A stretch of 58,522 nt of DNA from Eubacteriales bacterium (lineage in GTDB: Bacteria; Bacillota; Clostridia; Oscillospirales; CAG-272): the NCBI GenBank assembly GCA_045643725.1, contig JAZRFQ010000011.1, positions 1 to 58,522 on the forward strand. Direction: 5' to 3'. Position numbers and translations under genes: made by a program. Positions within the stretch are counted from its first letter, which is position 1. Each line of letters begins with the position of its first letter. Shown one piece after another: positions 1-8,597 of this stretch. Below the pieces are notes generated by a model that saw only the letters and a program-made list of their open reading frames with translations, was not told the origin of the DNA and did no database searches.

Positions 1-1148
1 ACGTTTTGTGCTATATCAGGGGGTATATAAACCAGTTTGTAATTCATTACTTCATCGTGATCATAAACTTTTATTATGTTGCCGTAATCATCGTAATCGT
101 AATCATAACGATCGGATATCTCGTTTCCAAATTCATCGTAATAGTAAGTGTAGGTATATCCGTTATCTTGCGTTACAGTCCTTTCAATCAAATTTTCGTT
201 TCTGTCATATCGATATGTATAATCGTAGGTGTATGTATAGCCGGAATAATCAGTATTAACTTCTTTTATCAAAGCGCCTTTTTTGTTATAAACTTCAACA
301 TACGTAGAGATATTTTCGCTGTAATCGGTCTCGACCTTTTTAATTATAAAATTCTCGTTTTCGTCGTAATAATAGGTATAATCGTAAGTCCGATTAGATC
401 CGCTGGGACTGGTTTCAACTTCTTTAATTAAGTCACCGTTTTTATCATAAGTGTACTCGTAAGTCCAACTAACTCCGTCGGAACCGGTTTCAAGTGCTTT
501 GATTAAATAGTTATATTCGTTGTAAGTGTAAATATATGATACACTATTTCCGTCGGAGTCGAAGCCAAACTCTTCGATTAAGTTGTAATTATCATCGTAA
601 GAGTACGTAAAAGTGATGGAGTATTCACCATCAGATAAGATGTACTCTACAGGGAGATTTTTATCATTGTATCTACCGATAAAATTGATCTCTCTGCTTG
701 ACGAGATTTGAGAGCCACTTGTAATAACGTTGTGAAATCTCGATAAATATACTTTCGCATCCTTATAATCACCGAGCTCCTTGAAGAGCTCTTTTGCTGC
801 CGCATATTCAGCGGATTCAAGCAGTGCAAGAGCCTCGTTGTATTTTTCCTCTTCGGGGCTTGAGGGGGTTACATCGCTATCGTTTGTACCGTTATCTTCG
901 TCGGGGGAGACTACAACGTTGCTGTGACCGCAGGTAGTGCAGATCCCGCTAACGTAATTATGCTCTTTAGTTATGATACTTGTTGTCTGCTTCTCGCCGC
1001 AGGAGCAGTATCTTTCTTTCGTTCCTTCCTCGGTGCAAGTAGAGGCCTTCACCGCTTCCCACTCGTCAAAGTTGTGCACGTGGCTACATGAAGCGAGCGA
1101 GGTAATCAAAATAGAAGCAAGTGCAACAGTAGATAAAAACTTCTTCAT
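1..1148 (-). CDS. Lipoprotein with Cys/His-rich N-terminal module and YD-like repeats (3' end runs off the window)
   Basis: Hand-translated open frame from ATG 1148 to the window edge, with RBS AAGGAG. Signal peptide MKKFLSTVALASILITSLAS-C (lipobox), then HVHNF..ASTCTEEG..YCSCG..H..CTTCGH, then repeats such as YTYDKNGDLIKE, YRYDRNENLIER, YYYDEFGN, YDYDDYGNIIK. Absent from the ORF track because its stop lies outside the window. Confidence 0.8.
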   Translation of the reverse strand, partial: MKKFLSTVALASILITSLASCSHVHNFDEWEAVKASTCTEEGTKERYCSCGEKQTTSIITKEHNYVSGICTTCGHSNVVVSPDEDNGTNDSDVTPSSPEEEKYNEALALLESAEYAAAKELFKELGDYKDAKVYLSRFHNVITSGSQISSSREINFIGRYNDKNLPVEYILSDGEYSITFTYSYDDNYNLIEEFGFDSDGNSVSYIYTYNEYNYLIKALETGSDGVSWTYEYTYDKNGDLIKEVETSPSGSNRTYDYTYYYDENENFIIKKVETDYSENISTYVEVYNKKGALIKEVNTDYSGYTYTYDYTYRYDRNENLIERTVTQDNGYTYTYYYDEFGNEISDRYDYDYDDYGNIIKVYDHDEVMNYKLVYIPPDIAQN

Positions 1149-1222
1149 AGTTATGTTCTCCTTGATAAAATCTAATCAGCGGCATCGAATAGTGCTCGAA
1201 CTGAAATTTACTTCACATTTGT

Positions 1223-1251
1223 ATTCTAGCACAAAAATGCTTGTTTGTAAA
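1223..1251 (-). promoter_or_regulatory. Putative sigma-A promoter of the lipoprotein gene
   Basis: Minus strand TTTACA-17 bp-TAGAAT with extended TG. Confidence 0.5.
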
Positions 1252-1271
1252 CAGGAACAACGGAAAAACAT

Positions 1272-1313
1272 AAAAAAGCCACCCCACAGAGCAAAATGCC
1301 TTTGGGGTGACTT
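1272..1313 (-). terminator. Intrinsic terminator of the paaK-ior-aminotransferase operon
   Basis: Minus strand AGTCACCCCAAAGGCA..TGCTCTGTGGGGTGGCT followed by a T run, just after the aminotransferase stop. Confidence 0.75.
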
Positions 1314-1336
1314 CAATTTTAAAATTAAATCAAGCC

Positions 1337-2533
1337 TTAAAGCCCATATTCCTCCGCCAACGCCTTAAAGGCAGGGAGCGATCTCTTGATCATATCGTAA
1401 TCGGTACAGTAAGCGATTCTAATGTATCCCTCGACGCCGAAATCGTCGCAGGGAACAACGAGAAGCTCGTGAGCCTTCGTACGCTCAAAGAAGCTATATG
1501 CATCAGCCTCGGGAGCTTTCACAAAGAGATAGAACGCACCGTCGGGCTTCACACACTCAAATCCAAACTCGGTGAGATTGGTATAAAGCAGATCGCGATT
1601 CGCCTTGTAAGCGTCGATATTTACCTTCGCGTCGAGGCACTTTGCGATAACCTGCTGGAAGAGGCTGGGCGCGCAAACGTAACCGAGCGATCTTCCCGCG
1701 CCGCAAATAGCGAGATATATATTCTTGCAGTCCTCCATCTCGGGGCAAACGGCGATATAGCCGATTCGCTCACCGGGGAGCGAGAGGGACTTCGAGTAGG
1801 AATAGCATACGAGCGTGTTGGCGTAGTGATTCATAATGTAGGGAACGTCAACGTCGGAATACACAAGCTCGCGGTAGGGCTCATCGGCGATGAGGTAGAT
1901 AGGTCTGCCGTACTCCTTCGACTTTCTCGTCAGAATCTCGCAGAGCGCGTCGATGGTTTCCTTCGAGTATACAACACCGCTGGGGTTGTTGGGAGAGTTT
2001 ACGATGACCGCCTTGGTATTCTTCGTGATTTTGCTCTCGAAGTCAGCAAGATCGATCTGGAAGCTCTTTTCCTCGGGCTTGCTCACAACGATCTTTGCGC
2101 CTGCATTTGCGATAAACACACGATACTCGGTAAAGAAGGGAGCAAACGCAATGCACTCATCCTCCGCGCCCTCTTCAACGATCGCCTTCAGGCAGATGGA
2201 GAGAGAAGCGGCAGCACCGCAGGTCATATAGATGAGATCGGGAGACATATTGACGCCAAAGCGCTTGGTGATATTTTCGGAGATAGCACGGCGCACACCG
2301 AGATCGCCCTGCGCCGAGGTATATCCGTGGAGGAGCACCGAGTCAGAGGAATCGAGCAGCTCGCGAATGACGTTGTTGACCTCGTCGGGAGCAGGCACGC
2401 TGGGGTTGCCGAGGCTGAAATTAAATACGTTTTCAGCGCCGATCTCTGCCGAGCGAGTCTTGCTGTATTCAAATATTTCTCTTATAATCGAGCGCTTGTT
2501 GCCAAGCTCGAACATTTTGGTATTGTAACTCAT
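1337..2533 (-). CDS. PLP-dependent class I aminotransferase (aspartate/aromatic)
   Basis: 398 aa; motifs NSPNNPSG, DEPY and SYSKSLSLPGERIGY (PLP lysine). Confidence 0.92.
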   Translation of the reverse strand: MSYNTKMFELGNKRSIIREIFEYSKTRSAEIGAENVFNFSLGNPSVPAPDEVNNVIRELLDSSDSVLLHGYTSAQGDLGVRRAISENITKRFGVNMSPDLIYMTCGAAASLSICLKAIVEEGAEDECIAFAPFFTEYRVFIANAGAKIVVSKPEEKSFQIDLADFESKITKNTKAVIVNSPNNPSGVVYSKETIDALCEILTRKSKEYGRPIYLIADEPYRELVYSDVDVPYIMNHYANTLVCYSYSKSLSLPGERIGYIAVCPEMEDCKNIYLAICGAGRSLGYVCAPSLFQQVIAKCLDAKVNIDAYKANRDLLYTNLTEFGFECVKPDGAFYLFVKAPEADAYSFFERTKAHELLVVPCDDFGVEGYIRIAYCTDYDMIKRSLPAFKALAEEYGL

Positions 2534-2572
2534 AGCTTTCTGCCTTTGTTTTTCCCTAGAAAAAAGTAATTA

Positions 2573-3010
2573 TCAGTTGTTGCTCTCGTTGTAGAGATCC
2601 TCGCAGGTGACGGTTGTAACGCCGCTTTCGGAAAGAATCTTGTCGATCTTCTCATTATCAGACGCCTTGAGTACAACGTATGCCTCCTCGCTCTTGTAGG
2701 AGAGGCCGTACATATACTCGATGTTAACACCATTCTCGTCGATAGTCTCGAGAAGCTTCTGCAGACTTCCAACCTTGTGAGGAATCTTGATTATGCACAC
2801 GTCGGAGAGCAGAGAAGAAAATCCACACTCGGTGAGCTTCTCCTTGCCGAGAGGCGCATTGTCAACGATCAGACGGAGAAGACCGAACTCGGTAGTGTCT
2901 GCGAGACTGAGCGAAATTATATTAACGCCGCCGTTTTTGAGAGCGCCGAGCACGTCGGACAATCTTCCGGCTCTGTTTTCAATAAAAACTGTAAGTTGCT
3001 TTGCGAACAT
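2573..3010 (-). CDS. Tandem ACT-domain protein
   Basis: 145 aa; QLTVFIENRAGRL..NIISLSLADTTEFGLLRLIV..NIEYMY. Confidence 0.9.
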   Translation of the reverse strand: MFAKQLTVFIENRAGRLSDVLGALKNGGVNIISLSLADTTEFGLLRLIVDNAPLGKEKLTECGFSSLLSDVCIIKIPHKVGSLQKLLETIDENGVNIEYMYGLSYKSEEAYVVLKASDNEKIDKILSESGVTTVTCEDLYNESNN

Positions 3011-3047
3011 AGCGAACCATCCTTAATCAAAGTATTGTTTTTGATTC

Positions 3048-3620
3048 TTATTTGTTAGCGTTGTAACCGCAGGTGAAGGCCTGCTTGTTGATATCTATGG
3101 TCTTTGCAGGAACGGTATTCTCGACGATCTTCAGCCACATGTCAGCCTCAAAGCCGATGTGTGCCGCCGCAAATCCGAGAACGACCGAGTTGAGAACCTT
3201 GCTGTTTCCGAGCTCGATGGCGATCTTCTGACCGTCGATAGAGTAGACCGTGTGATCTGCCTTGAGAGTATCGAGAATGTTCTCGGGATACTCTTTAGCA
3301 CCGATCACGACCGTCATAGGATCGATTCTGCAATCGTTTACTACGATAACGCCGTCTTTCTTGAGGAAGTGCGCGTATCACAACGCCTCGAGACGCTCGA
3401 ATGCGATAATAACGTCCGCCTGACCCTCTTCAACAACGGGCTCGCTGACCTGCTCGCCGAAGCGAACGAAGGTAACTACGCTACCGCCGCGCTGTGCCAT
3501 GCCGTGAACCTCGGAGATCTTTACGTCGTAGCCCATCTCGAGAGCCGCCTTGCCTATAATACGGCTGGTGAGCAGAGTACCCTGACCGCCAACGCCGACT
3601 ATCATAATATTCTTCGTCAT
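3048..3620 (-). pseudogene. iorB: Indolepyruvate:ferredoxin oxidoreductase beta subunit, interrupted by one in-frame TGA at 3378-3380
   Basis: The two track ORFs (3378..3620 and 3048..3317) share one frame: GVGGQG..SEVHGMAQRGGSV..FERLEAL*YAHFLKKDGVIVVND..LGNSKVLNSVVLG. Could be a nonsense mutation, an assembly error or readthrough. Confidence 0.85.
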
Positions 3621-3621
3621 A

Positions 3622-5361
3622 TTATTTCACCACCGTTTCTATAGCGTCGAATTTGCAATAATTCTTGCAAAGGCCGCATCCGTTACACATAGTTGCATCG
3701 ATCTTCACGGTGCCGTCTGCCTGTTTGGTAATAGCAGGGCATCCGATCTTCAGACACATACCGCACTTGCGGCACTTCTCGGGATCGGCTACGCACACGT
3801 TCGGGAACTTCTGACCCTTGAGGAGTACGCAGGGCGACTTTGTGATAATAACGGTGAGTGTATCGCTCGCAACGCTTTCCTTGATAACCTTGGTGAGGCC
3901 TTCCACGTCGAAAGCATTGATCTCAATAACGTTTTCAACGCCGATGCTGCGGCAGAGTCCTGCGAGATCGACAGCGTATGTATCCTCGCCCTTGAGGGTC
4001 TTACCGGTAGCCGCGTGATCCTGATGTCCGGTCATGCCGGTGGTTCTGTTATCAAGGATCATAACCGTGCCGGTAGCGCGGTTGTATACCATATTAAGAA
4101 GCGAGTTGATTCCGGTGTGAAGGAAGGTAGAGTCGCCAATGACTGCTACCCAGTTTTTAACGTAATCCTTGCCTCTGCCTTTTTCCATACCGTGAAGCGA
4201 GGAAATGCTTGCACCCATACAGATCGTGGTATCAATAACACCAAGAGGAGCTACCGCACCGAGAGTATAGCATCCGATATCGCCTGCCGCGTGGATCTTG
4301 AGCTTGTTAAGAACAGAGAATACGCTTCTGTGAGGACAACCGGGGCAGAGAATGGGAGGACGTGCAGGAGCGTCGAGCTTATCGAATGCAACCTCATCCT
4401 TGCCGTACAAAACTCTGCGAAGAAGGTTTGCACTGTACTCGCCCTGACGAGTGAAGCACTCCTTGCCCTTTACCTCGAATCCCCAGGCGCGTACCTGCTC
4501 CTCGATAACGGGCTCAAGCTCCTCGAAAACGTATGCAGTCTCAACCTGCGATACAAAATCGGCAATGAGCTTCTTGGGAAGAGGATTAACGAGACCAAGC
4601 TTCAGAACGCTCGCCTCGGGGCAAACCTCTTTTACGTACTGATATGCAACGCCGCAGGTGATGAATCCGAGCTTCTTGTCCTTGATTTCCATCTTGTTGA
4701 TGGGGAAGGAGGAGGCATCCTCTGCCATACGGTTCTCCCTGTCCTCAACGACGAGATGTCTGCCGATCGCAGATGCGGGCATCATAACGTATTTCTGTAC
4801 CTGACGGCTATATTCCTTGTCCGCAACCTCGGCTCTGTCGCAGAGCTCTACGATGCTCTGGGAGTGTGCGAGCTTTGTGGTTGTGCGGAGAATTACGGGG
4901 GTGTCATACTTCTCACTGAGCTCATAACCGAACTTTACAAAGTCCTTTGCCTCCTGGCTATCAGCAGGCTCAAGAACGGGAATGTGCGCCGCACGGCCGA
5001 TCATTCTGGTGTCCTGCTCATTCTGGGAGCTTGCCATGCCGGGATCGTCGGCAACAACGATAACCGCACCGCCGTTAACTCCGGTGTAGGCGAATGTGTA
5101 GAGAGGGTCTGCAGCTACGTTAAGACCAACGTGCTTCATGCAGGCAAGGCTTCTTACACCGGAGATCGACGCTCCGATGGCAACCTCTGCCGCAACCTTC
5201 TCGTTGGGAGCCCATTCAGTATATACTTCATCATATTTTGCGAGATATTCACTGATTTCGGTGCTGGGAGTTCCGGGATATGCGCTGGAAAGCTTGACGC
5301 CCGCCTCGTATGCGCCGCGTGCTATGGCTTCATTACCAAGCATCATTGCTTTGTTTGACAT
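3622..5361 (-). CDS. iorA: Indolepyruvate:ferredoxin oxidoreductase alpha subunit
   Basis: 579 aa; GNEAIARG, YPGTPSTEI, KHVGLNVA, CPGCPHR, GDIGCY, GDSTF (TPP) and two C-terminal CxxCxxC ferredoxin motifs. Confidence 0.95.
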   Translation of the reverse strand: MSNKAMMLGNEAIARGAYEAGVKLSSAYPGTPSTEISEYLAKYDEVYTEWAPNEKVAAEVAIGASISGVRSLACMKHVGLNVAADPLYTFAYTGVNGGAVIVVADDPGMASSQNEQDTRMIGRAAHIPVLEPADSQEAKDFVKFGYELSEKYDTPVILRTTTKLAHSQSIVELCDRAEVADKEYSRQVQKYVMMPASAIGRHLVVEDRENRMAEDASSFPINKMEIKDKKLGFITCGVAYQYVKEVCPEASVLKLGLVNPLPKKLIADFVSQVETAYVFEELEPVIEEQVRAWGFEVKGKECFTRQGEYSANLLRRVLYGKDEVAFDKLDAPARPPILCPGCPHRSVFSVLNKLKIHAAGDIGCYTLGAVAPLGVIDTTICMGASISSLHGMEKGRGKDYVKNWVAVIGDSTFLHTGINSLLNMVYNRATGTVMILDNRTTGMTGHQDHAATGKTLKGEDTYAVDLAGLCRSIGVENVIEINAFDVEGLTKVIKESVASDTLTVIITKSPCVLLKGQKFPNVCVADPEKCRKCGMCLKIGCPAITKQADGTVKIDATMCNGCGLCKNYCKFDAIETVVK

Positions 5362-5387
5362 CTTATTTCAGTCCTTTCGGGGATATA

Positions 5388-6692
5388 TTACTTAATATTG
5401 CGGAGGTCCTTGACTCTCTTTGCCTTGCCTTCAAATCTCTGAAGGGTGTTAGGAGATTCGAGCATTACCTTCGCGTCGAGACCAAGAATAGTTCTGAGTC
5501 TGCTCTTGAGCGTTGTAGATATTTTCTCGAGAGTAGAGAAGGAGTCGGTTATCGTGGCAAGCTCAACCTTTATAGTCATCTTGTCGAGATAGCCGTCTCT
5601 TTCGAGCACGATCTCGTAGTGAGGACCAAGCTCCTCGATACCGAGGATAACCTCTTCGATCTGGCTCGGGAATACGTTGACTCCACGGATCTTGAGCATA
5701 TCGTCGCTTCTGCCGGAGAGATTCTCCATACGGCAGAACGTTCTGCCACACTTACACTTGTCGTAGAACAGACGGGTAATATCTCTGGTTCTGTAACGGA
5801 TAAGCGGAATGCCTTCCTTCTTAATACAAGTGATAACAAGCTCGCCCTGCTCGCCCTCGGGGAGAACCTCCTCGGTCACAGGATCGATTATCTCGGGGAT
5901 GAAGAAGTCCTCGTTGATATGCATACCGCATACCTCAAGGCACTCGCCAGAAACACCGGGACCCATAAGCTCGCTCATACCGTAGTTCGAGGTGATCTTA
6001 ACGTCAGCGCCCCAGTATTTGTGCATCTCCTCGCGCATCGCGTCGGTGAGGAGCTCACTACCTACGAGAAGGGTCTTTACGTTCAGATCCTTTACGGGAT
6101 CAAGTCCCATTTCTCTTGCCACCTCGGCAAGACGAAGAGCATAGGAGGGAGTAGCAACCACAAGAGAGGTGCCGAAATCCTTCATATACATTATCTGCTT
6201 TTCGGAGTTACCGGTAGAGGAGGGAATGATAGTCGCACCGATATTCTCAAGACCGTAGTGCAGGCCGAGCGCTCCGGTGAACATTCCGTATCCGAAGCAT
6301 ATCTGTGCAACGTCGTCTTTGGTAGCACCACCCATACAGGCAATGCGCGAAACGCATTCTGTCCAGACGTCAAGGTCACCCTGGGTGTAGCCAACTACGG
6401 TAGGCTTACCGGTGGTACCGCTGGATGCGTGTATTCTGACAAGATCGTTTTTCGGAACTGCAAAGAGACCAAAGGGATAGTTGTCCCTCATATCCTGCTT
6501 CGTTACGAAGGGGAGTCTCTTAAGATCGTCGAGCGATTTTATATCTTCAGGCTTGATGCCCGCCTCGTCCATCTTTTTTCTGTAGGGCTCGACCTTCTCA
6601 TAAACGCGAGATACCGTTTCCTGAAGCCTTTCGAGCTGTATTTTTCTTATTTCTTCACGAGGAAGAGTTTCTTCTTTTGACCAAATAGACAT
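5388..6692 (-). CDS. paaK: Phenylacetate-CoA ligase family protein (copy 1)
   Basis: 434 aa; RIHASSGTTGKP, GYGMFTGALG, YGMSE, RYRTRD, GRSDDMLKIRGVNVFPSQIE. Confidence 0.92.
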   Translation of the reverse strand: MSIWSKEETLPREEIRKIQLERLQETVSRVYEKVEPYRKKMDEAGIKPEDIKSLDDLKRLPFVTKQDMRDNYPFGLFAVPKNDLVRIHASSGTTGKPTVVGYTQGDLDVWTECVSRIACMGGATKDDVAQICFGYGMFTGALGLHYGLENIGATIIPSSTGNSEKQIMYMKDFGTSLVVATPSYALRLAEVAREMGLDPVKDLNVKTLLVGSELLTDAMREEMHKYWGADVKITSNYGMSELMGPGVSGECLEVCGMHINEDFFIPEIIDPVTEEVLPEGEQGELVITCIKKEGIPLIRYRTRDITRLFYDKCKCGRTFCRMENLSGRSDDMLKIRGVNVFPSQIEEVILGIEELGPHYEIVLERDGYLDKMTIKVELATITDSFSTLEKISTTLKSRLRTILGLDAKVMLESPNTLQRFEGKAKRVKDLRNIK

Positions 6693-6732
6693 GATAAACC
6701 TTCTATAATTTTATTTCTAAAATATAAAAGCT

Positions 6733-6761
6733 ATTATATCATACATCGAAGCCCTTGTCAA
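6733..6761 (-). promoter_or_regulatory. Sigma-A promoter of the paaK1-ior operon
   Basis: Minus strand TTGACA-17 bp-TATAAT with extended TG. Confidence 0.8.
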
Positions 6762-6892
6762 TAAGTTAAGAGTATTTTCACCGCGTTTCTTGTCGAAAAA
6801 AGTGAGAAGCTATGCGCTACCGAATTCCATCCCGCACGTGATCATCCCAAGAAAAGAATCGAAATTTAAAACAACTTTTTTCAAAAAATCCC

Positions 6893-6921
6893 TTGACAGA
6901 CTTCAAAAAAGGTGCTATAAT
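6893..6921 (+). promoter_or_regulatory. Sigma-A promoter of the T-box-paaK2 transcript
   Basis: TTGACA (6893-6898), 17 bp, TATAAT (6916-6921), with TGn extension. Confidence 0.85.
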
Positions 6922-6929
6922 CACCACAT

Positions 6930-7207
6930 AAATGCGATGAGCAGAAACCAGTAGGTTGGAAAGAACCTGGAGAGAGTTGCCGGTTGGTGCGAGGCAAAGG
7001 GGGCGTCCTTCTCGAATTCATTCTGTTAGCAGTGCGCTGAATCGGAGAGATCCGTAGTAGGATGCAACGGGTGTTCCCGTTACAGAACTAAGGTATGTTA
7101 GTACTTGAAAAGGTCGCTACCGTGAGATAGCGGCGAACTGAGGTGGTACCACGGGATTGAATTTTCTCGTCCTCTGTATTCTTTAGCGGAATGCAGAGGA
7201 CTTTTTT
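6930..7207 (+). ncRNA. T-box riboswitch (transcriptional), predicted Phe specifier UUC
   Basis: Stem I with GCGATGA, AGTA, AGAGAG and GGTG loop. Specifier loop GAA-TTC-A (7014-7020). Stem II with GAA/AGTA, CCGTTA element, stem III. T-box GAGG-TGGTACC-ACG (7140-7153) pairs with CGT-CCTC. Overlapping terminator follows. Confidence 0.92.
7169..7207 (+). terminator. T-box attenuator terminator
   Basis: GTCCTCTGTATTC / GAATGCAGAGGAC stem followed by TTTTTT; shares its 5' arm with the antiterminator. Confidence 0.9.
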
Positions 7208-7265
7208 GTCCTTTCACTCCGAGCAATTCAAAACCGAGCGAAGTCTCAAAAAGAAAGGAAAAACC

Positions 7266-8576
7266 ATGGCAGAGCAGAATTACTTCCAAAAAGAAATCGA
7301 AACAATGCCGATTGAAGAAATGAAAAAGCTTCAATCGGAAAAGATCGTAAAACAGGTTAAGCACGTTTATGATAACGTTCCTTATTATCGTGATCTTATG
7401 GATAAGAAAGGTGTCACCCCCGACGATATTCATGGTATCGACGATCTTCATAAGCTTCCGTTCATCAGTAAGGCTGACCTTCGTGACGCCTATCCTTACG
7501 GACTCCTCGCAAAGCCTCTTGAGGATTGTGTTCGTATTCAGTCGACCTCCGGCACTACCGGTCGTCGCGTAGTTGCCTTCTACACACAGCATGACATCGA
7601 CCTTTGGGAGGATTGCTGTGCTCGCGCGATTGTTGCGGTAGGCGGAACCAAGAAGGACGTTTGTCAGGTAGCATACGGATATGGTCTTTTCACTGGCGGC
7701 GCCGGTCTTCACGGTGGCTCGCATAAGGTCGGTTGTCTCACGCTTCCTCTGTCCTCGGGTAACACCGAGCGTCAGATCCAGTTCATGACAGATCTTTCTG
7801 CGACCATCCTTTGTTGCACACCCTCTTATGCCGCATATCTCGGCGAGAGTCTTAAAGAGCAGGGCTACACCCCCGATTCTATTCCCCTGAAGGCAGGCAT
7901 CTTCGGCGCAGAGCCCTGGACCGAGGAGATGCGTAAGAGCATCGAGGCAACTCTCGGCATCAAAGCGTACGATATTTACGGTCTCACCGAGACCTCCGGC
8001 CCCGGCGTTGCATTCGAGTGTAGCGAGCAGACGGGTATGCACGTTAACGAGGACCACTTCTATCCCGAGATCATCGATCCCGACACGGGCGAGGTTCTTC
8101 CCGAGGGTAGCAAGGGTGAGCTCGTGTTCACCTCTCTCGATAAGGAAGCATTCCCGCTTCTTCGTTATCGCACTCGCGACATCTGCGTTCTTTCTCGCAA
8201 GAAGTGCTCCTGCGGCAGAACTCTTATCAAGATGGCGAAGCCTATGGGCAGAACCGACGATATGCTCATCATCCGCGGAGTCAACGTATTCCCGAGCCAG
8301 ATCGAGACGGTTCTTCTGAAGGAGGGCTACGAGCCCAACTATCAGATCGTTGTTGATAGAGTTAAGAACAACGATACCTTTGATATTAACGTAGAAATCC
8401 CCGCGGAGAAATTCACCGATAAGGTGGGCGAGGTTATGGCTATGGAAAAGGCCCTTGCAGGTGCAATAAAGACCATGCTCGGTATCAACCCGGCGGTACA
8501 TCTCGTTCCGCCCAAGACCATCGCACGAAGCGAGGGCAAGGCGGTTCGCGTTGTTGATAAGCGCAAGCTGATTTAG
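7266..8576 (+). CDS. paaK: Phenylacetate-CoA ligase family protein (copy 2, T-box controlled)
   Basis: ATG 7266 after GAAAGGA; RIQSTSGTTGRR, YGYGLFTGGAG, YGLTE, GRTDDMLIIRGVNVFPSQIE. Confidence 0.92.
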   Translation: MAEQNYFQKEIETMPIEEMKKLQSEKIVKQVKHVYDNVPYYRDLMDKKGVTPDDIHGIDDLHKLPFISKADLRDAYPYGLLAKPLEDCVRIQSTSGTTGRRVVAFYTQHDIDLWEDCCARAIVAVGGTKKDVCQVAYGYGLFTGGAGLHGGSHKVGCLTLPLSSGNTERQIQFMTDLSATILCCTPSYAAYLGESLKEQGYTPDSIPLKAGIFGAEPWTEEMRKSIEATLGIKAYDIYGLTETSGPGVAFECSEQTGMHVNEDHFYPEIIDPDTGEVLPEGSKGELVFTSLDKEAFPLLRYRTRDICVLSRKKCSCGRTLIKMAKPMGRTDDMLIIRGVNVFPSQIETVLLKEGYEPNYQIVVDRVKNNDTFDINVEIPAEKFTDKVGEVMAMEKALAGAIKTMLGINPAVHLVPPKTIARSEGKAVRVVDKRKLI

Positions 8577-8597
8577 TCAAGAAAGGGAGCAACGATT

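Noticed and set aside
6-431. Hydrophobic 141-aa plus-strand ORF
   Set aside because: Antisense shadow of the Tyr/Asp/Asn-rich repeat gene on the minus strand
3320-3380. Selenocysteine or alternative genetic code explanation for the iorB TGA
   Set aside because: The position corresponds to Arg rather than Cys in homologs as I recall them. I see no convincing SECIS hairpin downstream, and TGA terminates many other genes in the window.
7191-7265. N-terminal extension of paaK2 given by the ORF track (start 7191)
   Set aside because: It lies in the T-box terminator; the RBS and the paralog length support ATG 7266
1307-8501. Long antisense ORFs (1307..2569, 4015..5358, 5310..6680, 7098..8501; likewise 19344..20588, 42345..43652, 49984..50820, 51498..52550)
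   Set aside because: They mirror well-supported genes and have no recognisable motifs. Codon usage that avoids TTA/CTA/TCA on the sense strand removes antisense stops and explains them.
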